Source of the DNA: Eledone cirrhosa
Lineage: Eukaryota
Assembly (NCBI GenBank): GCA_964016885.1
Contig: OZ024743.1
Location: forward strand, 245,892,001 to 245,956,000
Reading direction: 5' to 3'
DNA: 64,000 nt
Each line of letters begins with the position of its first letter. Position 1 is the first letter of the stretch. The position numbers and the translations under genes were made by a program. The notes under the pieces were generated by a model. That model was not told the origin of the DNA. It did not search any database and saw only the letters and a list, made by a program, of their open reading frames with translations. This document shows positions 38,463 to 50,000 of the stretch, in pieces.

Positions 38463-38810
38463 TGCTGAGTTTTTGAGTATCAGGTATTTGGAGGCCGTGG
38501 GTTTAGCATAGTGTGAGTGGAGAATTTGGGCTCTCTCGTCTATAGTGTTAATTCAGAGTTCTGTGTCTAATACAGTTAGTCTATTGTTAGGCTGTTTGGA
38601 AGGGAAGTCGATAGTTACAGTTATACTCTGGTGTATGGAATTAGCTATCTGCTGGATGCTTTCCATCGTGCTACGTTCTAAATCAAACTTGTTAGTGCTA
38701 AACAGTGAGTGTGTTCTGTTATTAATTCTGGCAATATTACACAAATATGACCCTCCCCGAGTATAACAATATTTGTTTCGACACACGATTTCATATAAAA
38801 AACCTTGCAA

Positions 38811-38874
<64 letters not shown>

Positions 38875-39083
38875 ATATATATATATATACATATATATGC
38901 CTCCATGGCTCATTCTACTTTTTCCACTTTGTAAAAATGACCATCGTGTTCCTCAAAAATAGGGAATACTAGCTTAGCTCCCTTTCATTGTCACATGACA
39001 CTGATAGTGGCACTGACTACTGTAATGGCCATTCTACACCGAATACAGTGGGCTAGTGTTTGACCTGTTCCAAGGAGGCTAAC

Positions 39084-39214
39084 TCCCCACCGATGAAGTT
39101 ACTCTTAGCCAATTAAATAATATTTAATAGCATTACCTAATTTCTGTGCACATCAGTCCAACCTGGACTGCCGCCAGTAGACAGGGTAACAGAATCTAGT
39201 GCCTAGTCTGGGGA
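39084..39214 (+). ncRNA. Degenerate hammerhead ribozyme with long stem II
   Basis: tcccca-CCGATGA-a-gttactct...agggtaac-a-GAAT-ctag-tgc-ctag-TC-tgggga. Stems intact, two core substitutions. Confidence 0.6.
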
Positions 39215-39577
39215 CAGAGAATTAAATCCTCTAACCACACAAAATCATTTCTCTCACTATTAATGTATAAATGTGCACTCTGCTTTCCTTTTTGGTTGCT
39301 ATCTTAATTGGTTGGTGGCTTAATTGGTTGCTTAATTAAAGCATTGAGTGAGTGACAGAACGGTCGGAGATACAACAGTTCTTTCAATGACTTTATTCCA
39401 ATATTATTAACTTTGCCTTTCATCCTTACGGGGTCGATAAAATAAAGTACCAGTAATACACTGGGATAATTGCTAACCTTGTGCCAAAATTAGAAACAAT
39501 TATTATATGTATATGTCCCAAGGCTCTAATACAATCAACACCATCAACACAGAGCTGGCATATCTAAGAACTGACTA

Positions 39578-39633
39578 ATTGCCTGATGAGGTCATAGCCA
39601 CTCAATGGCTTTCATCGAAATATATATAGCAGT
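39578..39633 (+). ncRNA. Hammerhead ribozyme
   Basis: attgc-CTGATGA-ggt..agcca-ctcaa-tggct..atc-GAAA-tatata-TA-gcagt. Confidence 0.72.
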
Positions 39634-39689
39634 AAATAAAGGATTATGAGTTCATGCAATTGACTTATGTTTCGTCACTATATATATAT

Positions 39690-40243
39690 AATCAAATGCT
39701 GTGTGCAGGAGAGGCGGTTGCGCTGGTATGGACATGTGATGCCTATGAAGGATGACAGCTGCATAAAAAGGTGCAGAGCACTAGAAGTCGATGGAAACCG
39801 CGGAGTGGGGAGACCCAAGATGACCTGGGATGAGGTGATAAAAGCCGACCTTACCCAATTACACCTCTCAAAGGTGATGACACACGACCGTGACCTCTGG
39901 CGTCACGCAGTAATACAGAGTACCCGACCTCCCATGGGTACAAGCTGAAGCATATAGACAATATGCCCCCACACCCCCCACTGCAAGGTGGTCGTGGAGG
40001 TGCCACAGCAAAAAAGCACCCAGCCCACACTGTAAAGTGGATGTGTAGGCGCCACGAAAAAGCACCCAGCACTCACTGTAAATGAGGTTGGTGTTAGGAA
40101 GGGCATCCAGCTGTAGAAATCAAGCCAAATCAGTTCCTGTATGAGCAAGGCATGGTCAGCCGACCAGACACTGCCCACAACAGGACAACCCGTCTAACCC
40201 ATGCTAGCGTGGAAGAACGGACGTAAAACGGTGATGATGATGA
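39690..40243 (+). mobile_element. RTE LINE 3' end with (TGA)n tail
   Basis: IKCCVQERRLRWYGHVM..GRPKMTWDEVI..DRDLWR and the family 3' UTR. Confidence 0.9.
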
Positions 40244-40279
40244 TATATATATATATATGTGTGTGTATATATATGTATA

Positions 40280-40317
<38 letters not shown>

Positions 40318-40322
<5 letters not shown>

Positions 40323-40590
40323 ATAATGAAATTATTGTGTAAAGTGCTCAGGTGCAATACAACTCATCAAAGGTACATGTATAGTACATAGAATAATATA
40401 CAAATGTCAGGGAAGTGAATAGTGTATGAGTCATGATATACATGCCTGTATGTGTATGGAGGGGGAACATTAGGTGTAGTGTTGGCGAATCTCAGGAAGC
40501 ATGGGGGTTTTAAAGGATGCAGTGTCTCGACAGCTAACAACTGATGCAGGCAGTTTGTTCCATGCTTCAGGAACTCTGAGCATGAAAAAA
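40318..40590 (-). mobile_element. CR1 3' end fragment
   Basis: Same 3' UTR as the other CR1 copies. Confidence 0.85.
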
Positions 40591-40603
40591 TGTATATATA
40601 TAT

Positions 40604-42806
40604 ATCATCATCATCATCATCATTATCGTTTAACGTCCATCTTCCACGCTAGCATGGGTTAAACAGTTTTGTTTCATTTGATGCAGGAATGGTCGGGAGA
40701 CATGTCTCACTCGCACAGAAGCATCTCTGGCAGGTTTTTTTTTACAGCTGGATACCCTTCCTAACACCAACCACATTTACAGTGTGGACTGGGAGCATTT
40801 TCACCGTGTCTCCTACACGGCCACCTTACAGTGTGGACTGTTGTGTTATCGACACAGTGGATGGGATGGGAGAGGGAGGGTTGGCAAGGTCAGTTTTTAT
40901 CACCTCATCCCAGGTTTTTCTTGGTCTACCCACTTCGTAGCTTCCATCAATTTTCATTGCTCTGCACTTTTTTATACAGCTGTCATCCTTCATATACATC
41001 ACATGTCCATACCAACGCAATCTCCTCTCCAGGACACAACATTTGATACCTCGTATGCTTAGTTTCCCTCTTAATTCGTTTATGCTTCGCCTTTTGCGTA
41101 CATTACTATTACACATCCATCGGCGCATGGAAGCTTCATTTCTTTCTAATCTACGCAGGTCTTCAGCACACAATGCCCAAGTCTCACTACCATGTAATAT
41201 CGCTGTTCATATACATACATCATACAATCTGCCTTTCATTTTTAGAGAGAAACTTTTTGTGGCCAACAGCGACATTAGCTCTCTGAACTTTTTCCATCTC
41301 GTTCTAATTCTGGCTACTACACTTTCAGAGCACCCTCCTCCACTGCTGATTTTGTCACCCAGATAAGGGAAGGTGTCTACTATTTCTATAGAACATCTGG
41401 GCAGTTGAAGAGAGATATCATCCAGTGGGTCCTTGCTACTTACTGCACCTGAGCATCGGCCACATATAAAATCTACATTCTTAGATAGCTTGCCTCTGAT
41501 CCCACTACATCTTTTATATACCCATAGTTTGCATTTGGGAAACAGAATGGAGTTTCTGCTTACTCCTTTCTTACACACTGAGCATGGCATTTCCCACAGG
41601 GTATCTGTGCTCTATTCTCCTTTCTACATACTAGAACCTTAGTCTTAGACAAGTTGACTCTAAGGCCTTTTGATTCAAGGCCATGCTTGCATGTTTGTTC
41701 CTCTCTAGTTCAGCCATGGATTCAGCTATGAGAGTTAGATCATCTGCATACAGAAGTTCCCATGGGCAGCCAGTCTTAAACCCCTCTGTTATAGCCTGTA
41801 GGACAATAATAAACAGGAGGGGGCTACGAACGGAGCCCTGGTGAATCCCTACTATTACACTAAATTCATCACTATATTCTTCGTTAATTCTAACCTTGCT
41901 GACTGTTCCTCTATACATGGCTTGTATAGCTCTCACAAGCCATTCTTCCACTCCTAGTTTTCTAAGAGCCCACCAGATTAAGGTGCGTGGGACTCTGTCA
42001 AAGGCCTTCTCCAGGTCAACAAAAGCTAAGTAGAGGGGCTTACTGTTAGCTAGGTACTTCTGTAATTGCCGTACAAAGAAAAGAGCATTCGTGGTACTTT
42101 TACCTGGCACAAACCCAAACTGCATTTTATCTAGATCAATTTGGTCTCTAATCAGTTGAGTAATAACTCTTTCTGTGATTTTCATGACTTGGTCAACTAA
42201 TTTAATACCCCTATAGTTTCCTCTATCCAGGGCGTCTCCTTTGCCCTTGTAACAGTTGATGATGATGCTGCTACGCCAGTCATTTGGTATGACCCCATTC
42301 TGTATTACTTGGTTTACTATCCGGGTGACCATAGTATGTCCTACCATTCCAGATACCTTCAACATTTCAGCAACTATCTCCAAAGGCCTTACTTGTCTTC
42401 ATATTTTTGATTGCCTTACTTACTACATTACCATTAACTTGCACAGCTGGTCCTTCTATTGGATCGATGTGGGGCAGACTATCTTTATTCCATTCATTCT
42501 CCACATTCAGTAATCTCTCGTAGTGACACTTCAAAGCTACCTTCTTATCTCTATCAGTGAGGGCAAGTACACCATCGTCATTATGGACACATGTCTCCCC
42601 GACAATATCACAGTTCTCCTTGACACATTGCCTTGTAATCCTGAATATCTCACGTCTTTGGTCCTCCCGTTGTAGAATATGCTTGAACTTACTATCCTCT
42701 GCTTCCCTCTTTGCAAGGTATACTTGTTGTCTAGCTTCTCTCCTAGCTACCCGATAGTGTTCTCTATTACCCCCGTCCTGCCATTCTTTCCACGCCTGTT
42801 TTTTGC
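40604..42806 (-). mobile_element. RTE LINE, 5'-truncated, frameshifted RT
   Basis: IPNDWRSS, YKGKGDALDRGNYRGIKL, QFGFVPGKST, AFVDLEKAFDRVPR, LLYADDL across ORFs 41631..42383, 41207..41590 and 40826..41173. Confidence 0.92.
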
Positions 42807-42930
42807 CATGGGTTCTTAACTCCTAATATAGTTGTAGGGGCACTGACATGATATATGGTGTGTCTTGGGTATCTAAATTTGGCAGAACCCATTCCTCTCC
42901 AAATCTGAACACAGTCAATTTTTTACAGAG

Positions 42931-43014
<84 letters not shown>

Positions 43015-43016
<2 letters not shown>

Positions 43017-43515
43017 GAGACGTAAATAAGAAAGTTATGAAAATTGACTTACTTACTAAAATTTCACTCCAACTAATTAGTTTCTGTAAGGGGATAAATA
43101 TAGTTACGTAATAACTATAGAGAAGCCTTACGTCATCAGGGAGTCTATTCTCAGCTAAGCTTCCAGGCAATGCAGGGACACTGGGAACTTATATAAAAAT
43201 AATTCAGTGGATGGAAAAAAGCGAGCGGGGCTAGATTCCAAGCCATTGAAAAATTCACTGCCTTCTTGGTCAAGTGGCAAATTCAAAAGAATCAATCACG
43301 TGACACTGAGGTTAACCAGCTTGGAGTGGGGGTGCTATTAAGACAGAGCCTAGTCACTACTATCAGTCACAGTAGTAATTTCGGCAAATTTTGCTCAACA
43401 AATAATTTGGAGTTAATTATAAAGTATTAATATATCTACCGACATATGTATACAGATGCATACCTATGCCAGCAAATATATATGTTTTGTCTTAGTAACT
43501 TTGTGGTTCCATGCA
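43015..43515 (-). mobile_element. ~500-bp non-coding pLTR/retrozyme-like unit (homologue at 62318-62804)
   Basis: Colinear but diverged match to 62318-62804. CACGTG and TATATAA lie upstream of the HHR. Confidence 0.75.
43066..43144 (-). ncRNA. Hammerhead ribozyme
   Basis: actcc-CTGATGA-c-gtaagg...ccttac-a-GAAA-ctaattag-TT-ggagt. Confidence 0.85.
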
Positions 43516-44065
43516 TATATATATACATGTATATATATATATATGTGTGTGTATGTATGTCTATCTATCTATTTATCTATAAATAGAAATATATATATAG
43601 AAATTTCTCTGGAAAAAATTGACTGTGTTCAGATTTGGAGAGGAATGGGTTCTGCCAAATTTAGATACCCAAGACACACCATATATCATGTCAGTGCCCC
43701 TACAACTATATTAGGAGTTAAGAACCCATGAAAAGATAGATGGAACTGAAATAATTCAATCACTAGCAGTATATTTACAGGGCAAGTAAGCTACAGCAAT
43801 AAATTATGATGTGTCACAGCAGCAAATTATGACATATCATCACGTTCTGTCTTTAATATGAAACAGCTGTGTGAATATGTGTTAATCTTGTCTCTAAGCA
43901 GCTTACAAGTCAGAGCTTGAAGAAAATATATATTTGAGTATTGTATTTAGAAATACAATACATACCATCACTTTGTGTGTGCGCGGGGGGGGGGGGGGGT
44001 ATACAGATATAACTTTATCATGTGTATATATATATATATATACATTACATAGAAATGATTTTTAC

Positions 44066-47000
44066 ATGACTAGAACTGTTTCATTCATATGTGGTGGTTG
44101 TGGTATTGGTGGTGGTGGTGGTGGTATTGGTGGTGCTGGTGGTATTGGTGGTGCTGGTGGTATTGGTGGTGGTGGTGGTGGTGGTGGTATTGGTGGTGAT
44201 GGTGGTGGTATTGGTGGTTATGGCAATGGTGGTGATGGTATTGGTGGTGGTGGTGGTATTGGTGGTTATGGTGGTGGTATTGGTGGTTATGGTGGTGGTG
44301 GTGGTGGTAGTATTGGTGGTGGTGGTGGGGGTATTGGTGGTGGTATTGGTGGTAGTGGTGGTATTGGTGGTGGTATTGGTGGTGGTATTGGTGGTGGTGG
44401 TGGTGGTATTGGTGGTGGTGGTGGTATTGTTGGTGGTATTGGTGGTGGTGGTGGTGGTGGTGATGGTGGTGGCATTGGTGGTTATGGTGGTGGTGGTGGT
44501 GGTGGTGATGGTGGTGGCATTGGTGGTTATGGTGGTGGTGGTGGTAGTGGTGGTGGTGGTATTGGTGGTTATGGAGGTGGTGGTGGTGGTGGTGGTGGTA
44601 TTGGTGGTGGTGGTGGTGGTGGTATTGGTGGTGGTGGTGGTATTGGTGGTGGTGGTGGTGCTGGTATTGGTGGTGATGGTGGTGGTATTGGTGGTTATGG
44701 CAATGGTGGTGATGGTATTGGTGGTGGTGGTGGTGGTGGTATTGGTGGTTATGGTGGTGGTGGTATTGGTGGTTATGGTGGTGGTGGTGATGGTGGTTAT
44801 GGTGGTGGTGGTTATAGTGGTGGTGGTATTGGTGGTGGTGGTGGTATTGGTGGTGGTGGTGCTATTGGTGGTTATGGTGGTGGTGGTGGTGGTATTGGTG
44901 GTGGTGGTGGTGGTGGTGGTGGTGGTATTGGTGGTGGTGGTGGTGGTGGTATTGGTGGTTATGGTGGTGGTGGTGGTGGTATTGGTGGTGGTGGTGGTAT
45001 TGGTGGTGGTGGTGGTGGTGGTGGTATTGGTGGTGGTGGTGGTGGTGGTGGTGGTGGTATTGGTGGTGGTGGTGGTGGTATTGGTGGTTATGGCAGTAGT
45101 GGTGATGGTTTTGGTGGTGGTGGTGGTGGTGGTGGTGGTGGTGGTAGTGGTATTGGTGGTGGTATTGGTGGTAGTATTGGTGGTGGTATTGGTGGTGGTA
45201 TTGGTGGTGGTGGTATTGGTGGTGGTGGTGGTGGTGGTATTGGTGGTGGTATTGGTGGTGGTGGTGGTGGTGATGGTGGTGGTGGTGGTGGTGGCATTGG
45301 TGGTTATGGTGGTGGTATTGGTGGTTATGGTGGTGGTGGTGGTATTGGTGGTTATGGTGGTGGTGGTGGTATTGGTGGTGGTGGTGGTAATGGTGGTGGT
45401 ATTGGTGGTGGTATTGGTGGTGCTGGTGGTATTGGTGGTGGTGATGGTGGTGGTGGTGGTATTGGTGGTTATGGCAATGGTGGTGATGGTATTGGTGGTG
45501 GTGGTGGTGGTGGTATTGGTGGTTATGGTGGTGGTGGTATTGGTGGTGGTGGTGGTGGTGGTGGTATTGGTGGTGGTATTGGTGGTGGTATTGGTGGTGG
45601 TGCTTGTGGTGGTGGTATTGGTGGTGGTGGTGGTATTGGTGGTAGTGGTGGTGGTGGTGGTGGTGGTGGTGGTGGTGGTGGTGGTGGTATTGGTGGTTGT
45701 GGTGGTGGTATTGGTGGTTATGGCAGTGGTGGTGATGGTATTGGTGGTGGTGGTGGTGGTGGTGGTGGTGGTGGTAGTGGAATTGGTGGTGGTATTGGTG
45801 GTGGTGGTGGTGGTGGTGGTGGTGGTGGTGGTGGTGGTGATGGTGGTGGTGGTGGTGGTGGCATTGGTGGTTATGGTGGTGGTATTGGTGGTTATGGTGG
45901 TGGTGGTGGTATTGGTGGTTATGGTGGTGGTGGTGGTATTGGTGGTGGTGGTGGTATTGGTGGTGGTATTGGTGGTGGTGGTGTTATTGGTGGTGGTGGT
46001 GGTGATGGTGGTGGTGGTGGTATTGGTGGTGATGGTGGTGGTATTGGTGGTTATGGCAATGGTGGTGATGGTATTGGTGGTGGTGGTGGTGGTGGTATTG
46101 GTGGTTATGGTGGTGGTGGTATTGATGGTGGTGGTGGTGGTGGTGGTATTGGTGGTGGTATTGGTGGTGGTATTGGTGGTGGTGGTGGTGGTGGTGGTAT
46201 TGGTGGTTATGGTGGTGATGGTATTGGTGGTGGTGGTGGGGGTATTGGTGGTGGTGGTGGTATTGTAGGTGGTATTGGTGGTGGTGGTGGTATTGGTGGT
46301 GGTGGTGGTGGTGATGGTGGTGGCATTGGTGGTTATGGTGGTGGTGGTGGTGGTGGTGGTGGTGGTATTGGTGGTTATGGTGGTGGTGGTGGTGGTGGTG
46401 GTATTGGTGGTTATGGTGGTGGTGGTGGTGGTGGTGGTGGTATTGGTGGTTATGGTGGTGGTGGTGGTGGTGGTGGTATTGGTGGTTATGGTGGTGGTGG
46501 TGGTGGTGGTGGTATTGGTGGTTATGGCAATGGTGGTGATGGTATTGGTGGTGGTGGTGGTGGTGGTGGTATTGGTGGTGGTGGTGGTATTGGTGGTGGT
46601 GGTGGTGGTGGTGGTGGCATTGGTTATGGTGGTGATGGTATTGGTGGTGCTGGTGGTGATGGTGGTTATAGTGGTGGTGGTATTGGTGGTGGTGGTGGTG
46701 GTGGTGGTGGTATTGGTGGTGGTATTGGTGGTGGTATTGGTGGTGATGGTGGTGGTATTGGTGGTGGTATTGGTGGTGGTATTGGTGGTGGTGGTGGTGA
46801 TGGTGGTGGCATTGGTGGTTATGGTGGTGGTGGTGGTGGTGGTGGTATTGGTGGTTATGGTGGTGGTGGTGGTGGTTGTGGTGGTATTGGTGGTTATGGT
46901 GGTGGTGGTGGTGGTATTGGTGGTTATGGTGGTGGTGGTGGTATTGGTGGTGATGGTCGTGGTGGTGGTGGTATTGGTGGTGGTGGTGGTGGTGGTGCTG

Positions 47001-50000
47001 GTATTGGTGGTGATGGTGGTGGTATTGGTGGTTATGGCAATGGTGGTGATGGTATTGGTGGTGGTGGTGGTGGAGGTGGTATTGGTGGTTATGGTGGTGG
47101 TTATAGTGGTGGTGGTATTGGTGGTGGTGGTGGTATTGGTGGTGGTGGTGGTGGTGGTGGTATTGGTGGTGGTATTGGTGGCGGTGGTGGTGGTGGTGGC
47201 ATTGGTGGTTATGGTGGTGGTGGTATTGGTGGTGGTGGTGGTGATGGTGGTTATAGTGGTGGTGGTATTGGTGGTTATGGTGGTGGTGGTGGTGGTATTG
47301 GTGGTGGTGGTGGTGGTGGTGGTGGTATTGGTGGTGGTGGTGGTATTGGTGGTGGTGGTGGTGGTATTGGTGGTGGTGGTGATGGTGGTGGTGGTGGTAT
47401 TGGTGGTGGTGGTGGTGGTATTGGTGGTTATGGCAGTGGTGGTGATGGTATTGGTGGTGGTGGTGGTGGTGGTGGTGGTGGTGGTGGTGGTGGTGGTGGT
47501 GGTGGTATTGGTGGTGGTGGTGGTGGTATTGGTGGTTATGGCAATGGTGGTGATGGTATTGGTGGTGGTGGTGGTGGTGGTGGTGGTGGTAGTGGTATTG
47601 GTGGTGGTATTGGTGGTAGTATTGGTGGTGGTATTGTTGGTGGTATTGGTGGTGGTGGTATTGGTGGTGGTGGTGGTGGTGGTGGTATTGGTGGTGGTAT
47701 TGGTGGTGGTGGTGGTGGTGGTGGTGGTGGTGATGGTGGTTGCTGTGGTGGTGGCATTGGTGGTTATGGTGGTGGTATTGGTGGTTATGGTGGTGGTGGT
47801 GGTGGTATTGGTGGTGGTATTGGTGGTGGTATTGGTGGTGGTATTGGTGGTGGTATTGGTGGTGCTGGTGGTATTGGTGGTGGTGGTGGTGATGGTGGTG
47901 GTGGTGGTATTGGTGGTGATGGTGGTGGTATTGGTGGTTATGGCAATGGTGGTGATGGTATTGGTGGTGGTGGTGGTGGTGGTGGTATTGGTGGTTATGG
48001 TGGTGGTGGTGGTGGTGGTATTGGTGGTGGTGGTGGTGGTATTGGTGGTGGTGGTGGTATTGGTGGTGGTATTGGTGGTGGTGGTGGTGGTATTGGTGGT
48101 GGTATTGGTGGTGGTGGTGGTGGTATTGGTGGTGGTATTGGTGGTGGTGGTGGTGGTGATGGTGGTGGTGATGGTGGTGGCATTGGTGGTTATGGTGGTG
48201 GTGGTGGTGGTGGTGGTATTGGTGGTTATGGTGGTGGTGGTGGTGGTGGTATTGGTGGTTATGCTGGTGGTGGTGGTGGTGGTGGTATTGGTGGTTATGG
48301 TGGTGGTGGTGGTGGTGGTATTGGTGGTGGTGGTGGTATTGGTGGTGCTGGTGGTATTGGTGGTGGTGGTGGTGATGGTATTGGTGGTGATGGTGGTGGT
48401 ATTGGTGGTTATGGCAATGGTGGTGATGGTATTGGTGGTGGTGGTGGTGGTGGTATTGGTGGTTATGGTGGTGGTGGTATTGGTGGTGGTGGTATTGGTG
48501 GTGGTATTGGTGGTGGTGGTGGTGGTGGTGGCATTGGTGGTTATGGTGGTGGTGGTGGTGGTGGTGGTGGTGGTATTGGTGGTTATGGTGGTGGTGGTAT
48601 TGGTGGTGGTGGTATTGGTGGTGGTATTGGTGGTGGTGGTGGTGGTGGTGGCATTGGTGGTTATGGTGGTGGTGGTGGTGGTGGTGGTGGTGGTATTGGT
48701 GGTTATGGTGGTGGTGGTATTGGTGGTTATGGTGGTGGTGGTGGTGGTGGTGGTATTGGTGGTTATGGTGGTGGTGGTGGTGGTGGTGGTGGTGGTGGTA
48801 TTGGTGGTTATGGTGGTGGTGGTGGTGGTGGTGGTATTGGTGGTTATGGTGGTGGTGGTGGTGGTGGTGGTATTGGTGGTGGTGGTGGTGGTGGTATTGA
48901 TGGTGGTGGTGGTATTGGTGGTGGTATTGGTGGTGGTGGTGGTGATGGTGGTGGTGCTGGTATTGGTGGTTATGGCAATGGTGGTGATGGTATTGGTGGT
49001 GGTGGTGGTGGTGGTATTGGTGGTGGTGGTGGTATTGGTGGTGGTGGTGGTGGTGGTGGTGGTGGTGGTGGTGGTGGTGGTGGCATTGGTTATGGTGGTG
49101 ATGGTATTGGTGGTGCTGGTGGTGATGGTGGTGGTGCTGGTATTGGTGGTTATGGCAATGGTGGTGATGGTATTGGTGGTGGTGGTGGTGGTGGTATTGG
49201 TGGTGGTGGTGGTATTGGTGGTGGTGGTGGTGGTATTGGTGGTGGTGGTGATGGTGGTCGTGGTGGTATTGGTGGTGGTGGTGGTGGTGGTGGTATTGGT
49301 GGTTATGGCAGTGGTGGTGATAGTATTGGTGGTGGTGGTGGTGGTGGTGGTGGTGGTGGTGGTGGTGGTGGTATTGGTGGTGGTGGTGGTGGTATTGGTG
49401 GTTATGGCAGTGGTGGTGATGGTATTGGTGGTGGTGGTGGTGGTGGTGGTGGTGGTGGTGGTGGTAGTGGTATTGGTGGTGGTATTGGTGGTAGTATTGG
49501 TGGTGGTATTGGTGGTGGTATTGGTGGTGGTGGTATTGGTGGTGGTGGTGGTGGTGGCGGTATTGGTGGTGGTATTGGTGGTGGTGGTGGTGGTGGTGGT
49601 GGTGGTGGTGATGGTGGTTGCTGTGGTGGTGGCATTGGTGGTTATGGTGGTGGTATTGGTGGTTATGGTGGTGGTGGTGGTGGTATTGGTGGTTAGGTGG
49701 TGGTGGTGGTGGTGGTGGTGGTATTGGTGGTGGTATTGGTGGTGGTATTGGTGGTGCTGGTGGTATTGGTGGTGGTGGTGGTGATGGTGGTGGTGGTGGT
49801 ATTGGTGGTGATGGTGGTGGTATTGGTGGTTATGGCAATGGTGGTGATGGTATTGGTGGTGGTGGTGGTGGTATTGGTGGTTATGGTGGTGGTGGTGGTG
49901 GTGGTATTGGTGGTGGTGGTGGTGGTATTGGTGGTGGTGGTGGTATTGGTGGTGGTATTGGTGGTGGTGGTGGTGGTATTGGTGGTGGTATTGGTGGTGG

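Larger units (their letters stand above)
37093..38768 (-). mobile_element. Penelope-like element of a second clade, 5'-truncated, with an inverted ~68-bp pLTR tip
   Basis: ORF with GIY-YIG. 38700-38768 is the reverse complement of ~37094-37168. Confidence 0.88.
42807..43730. mobile_element. MITE with ~125-bp near-perfect TIRs enclosing an HHR-bearing insert
   Basis: catgggttcttaactcc...cagagaaat is mirrored at 43602-43730. Confidence 0.8.
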
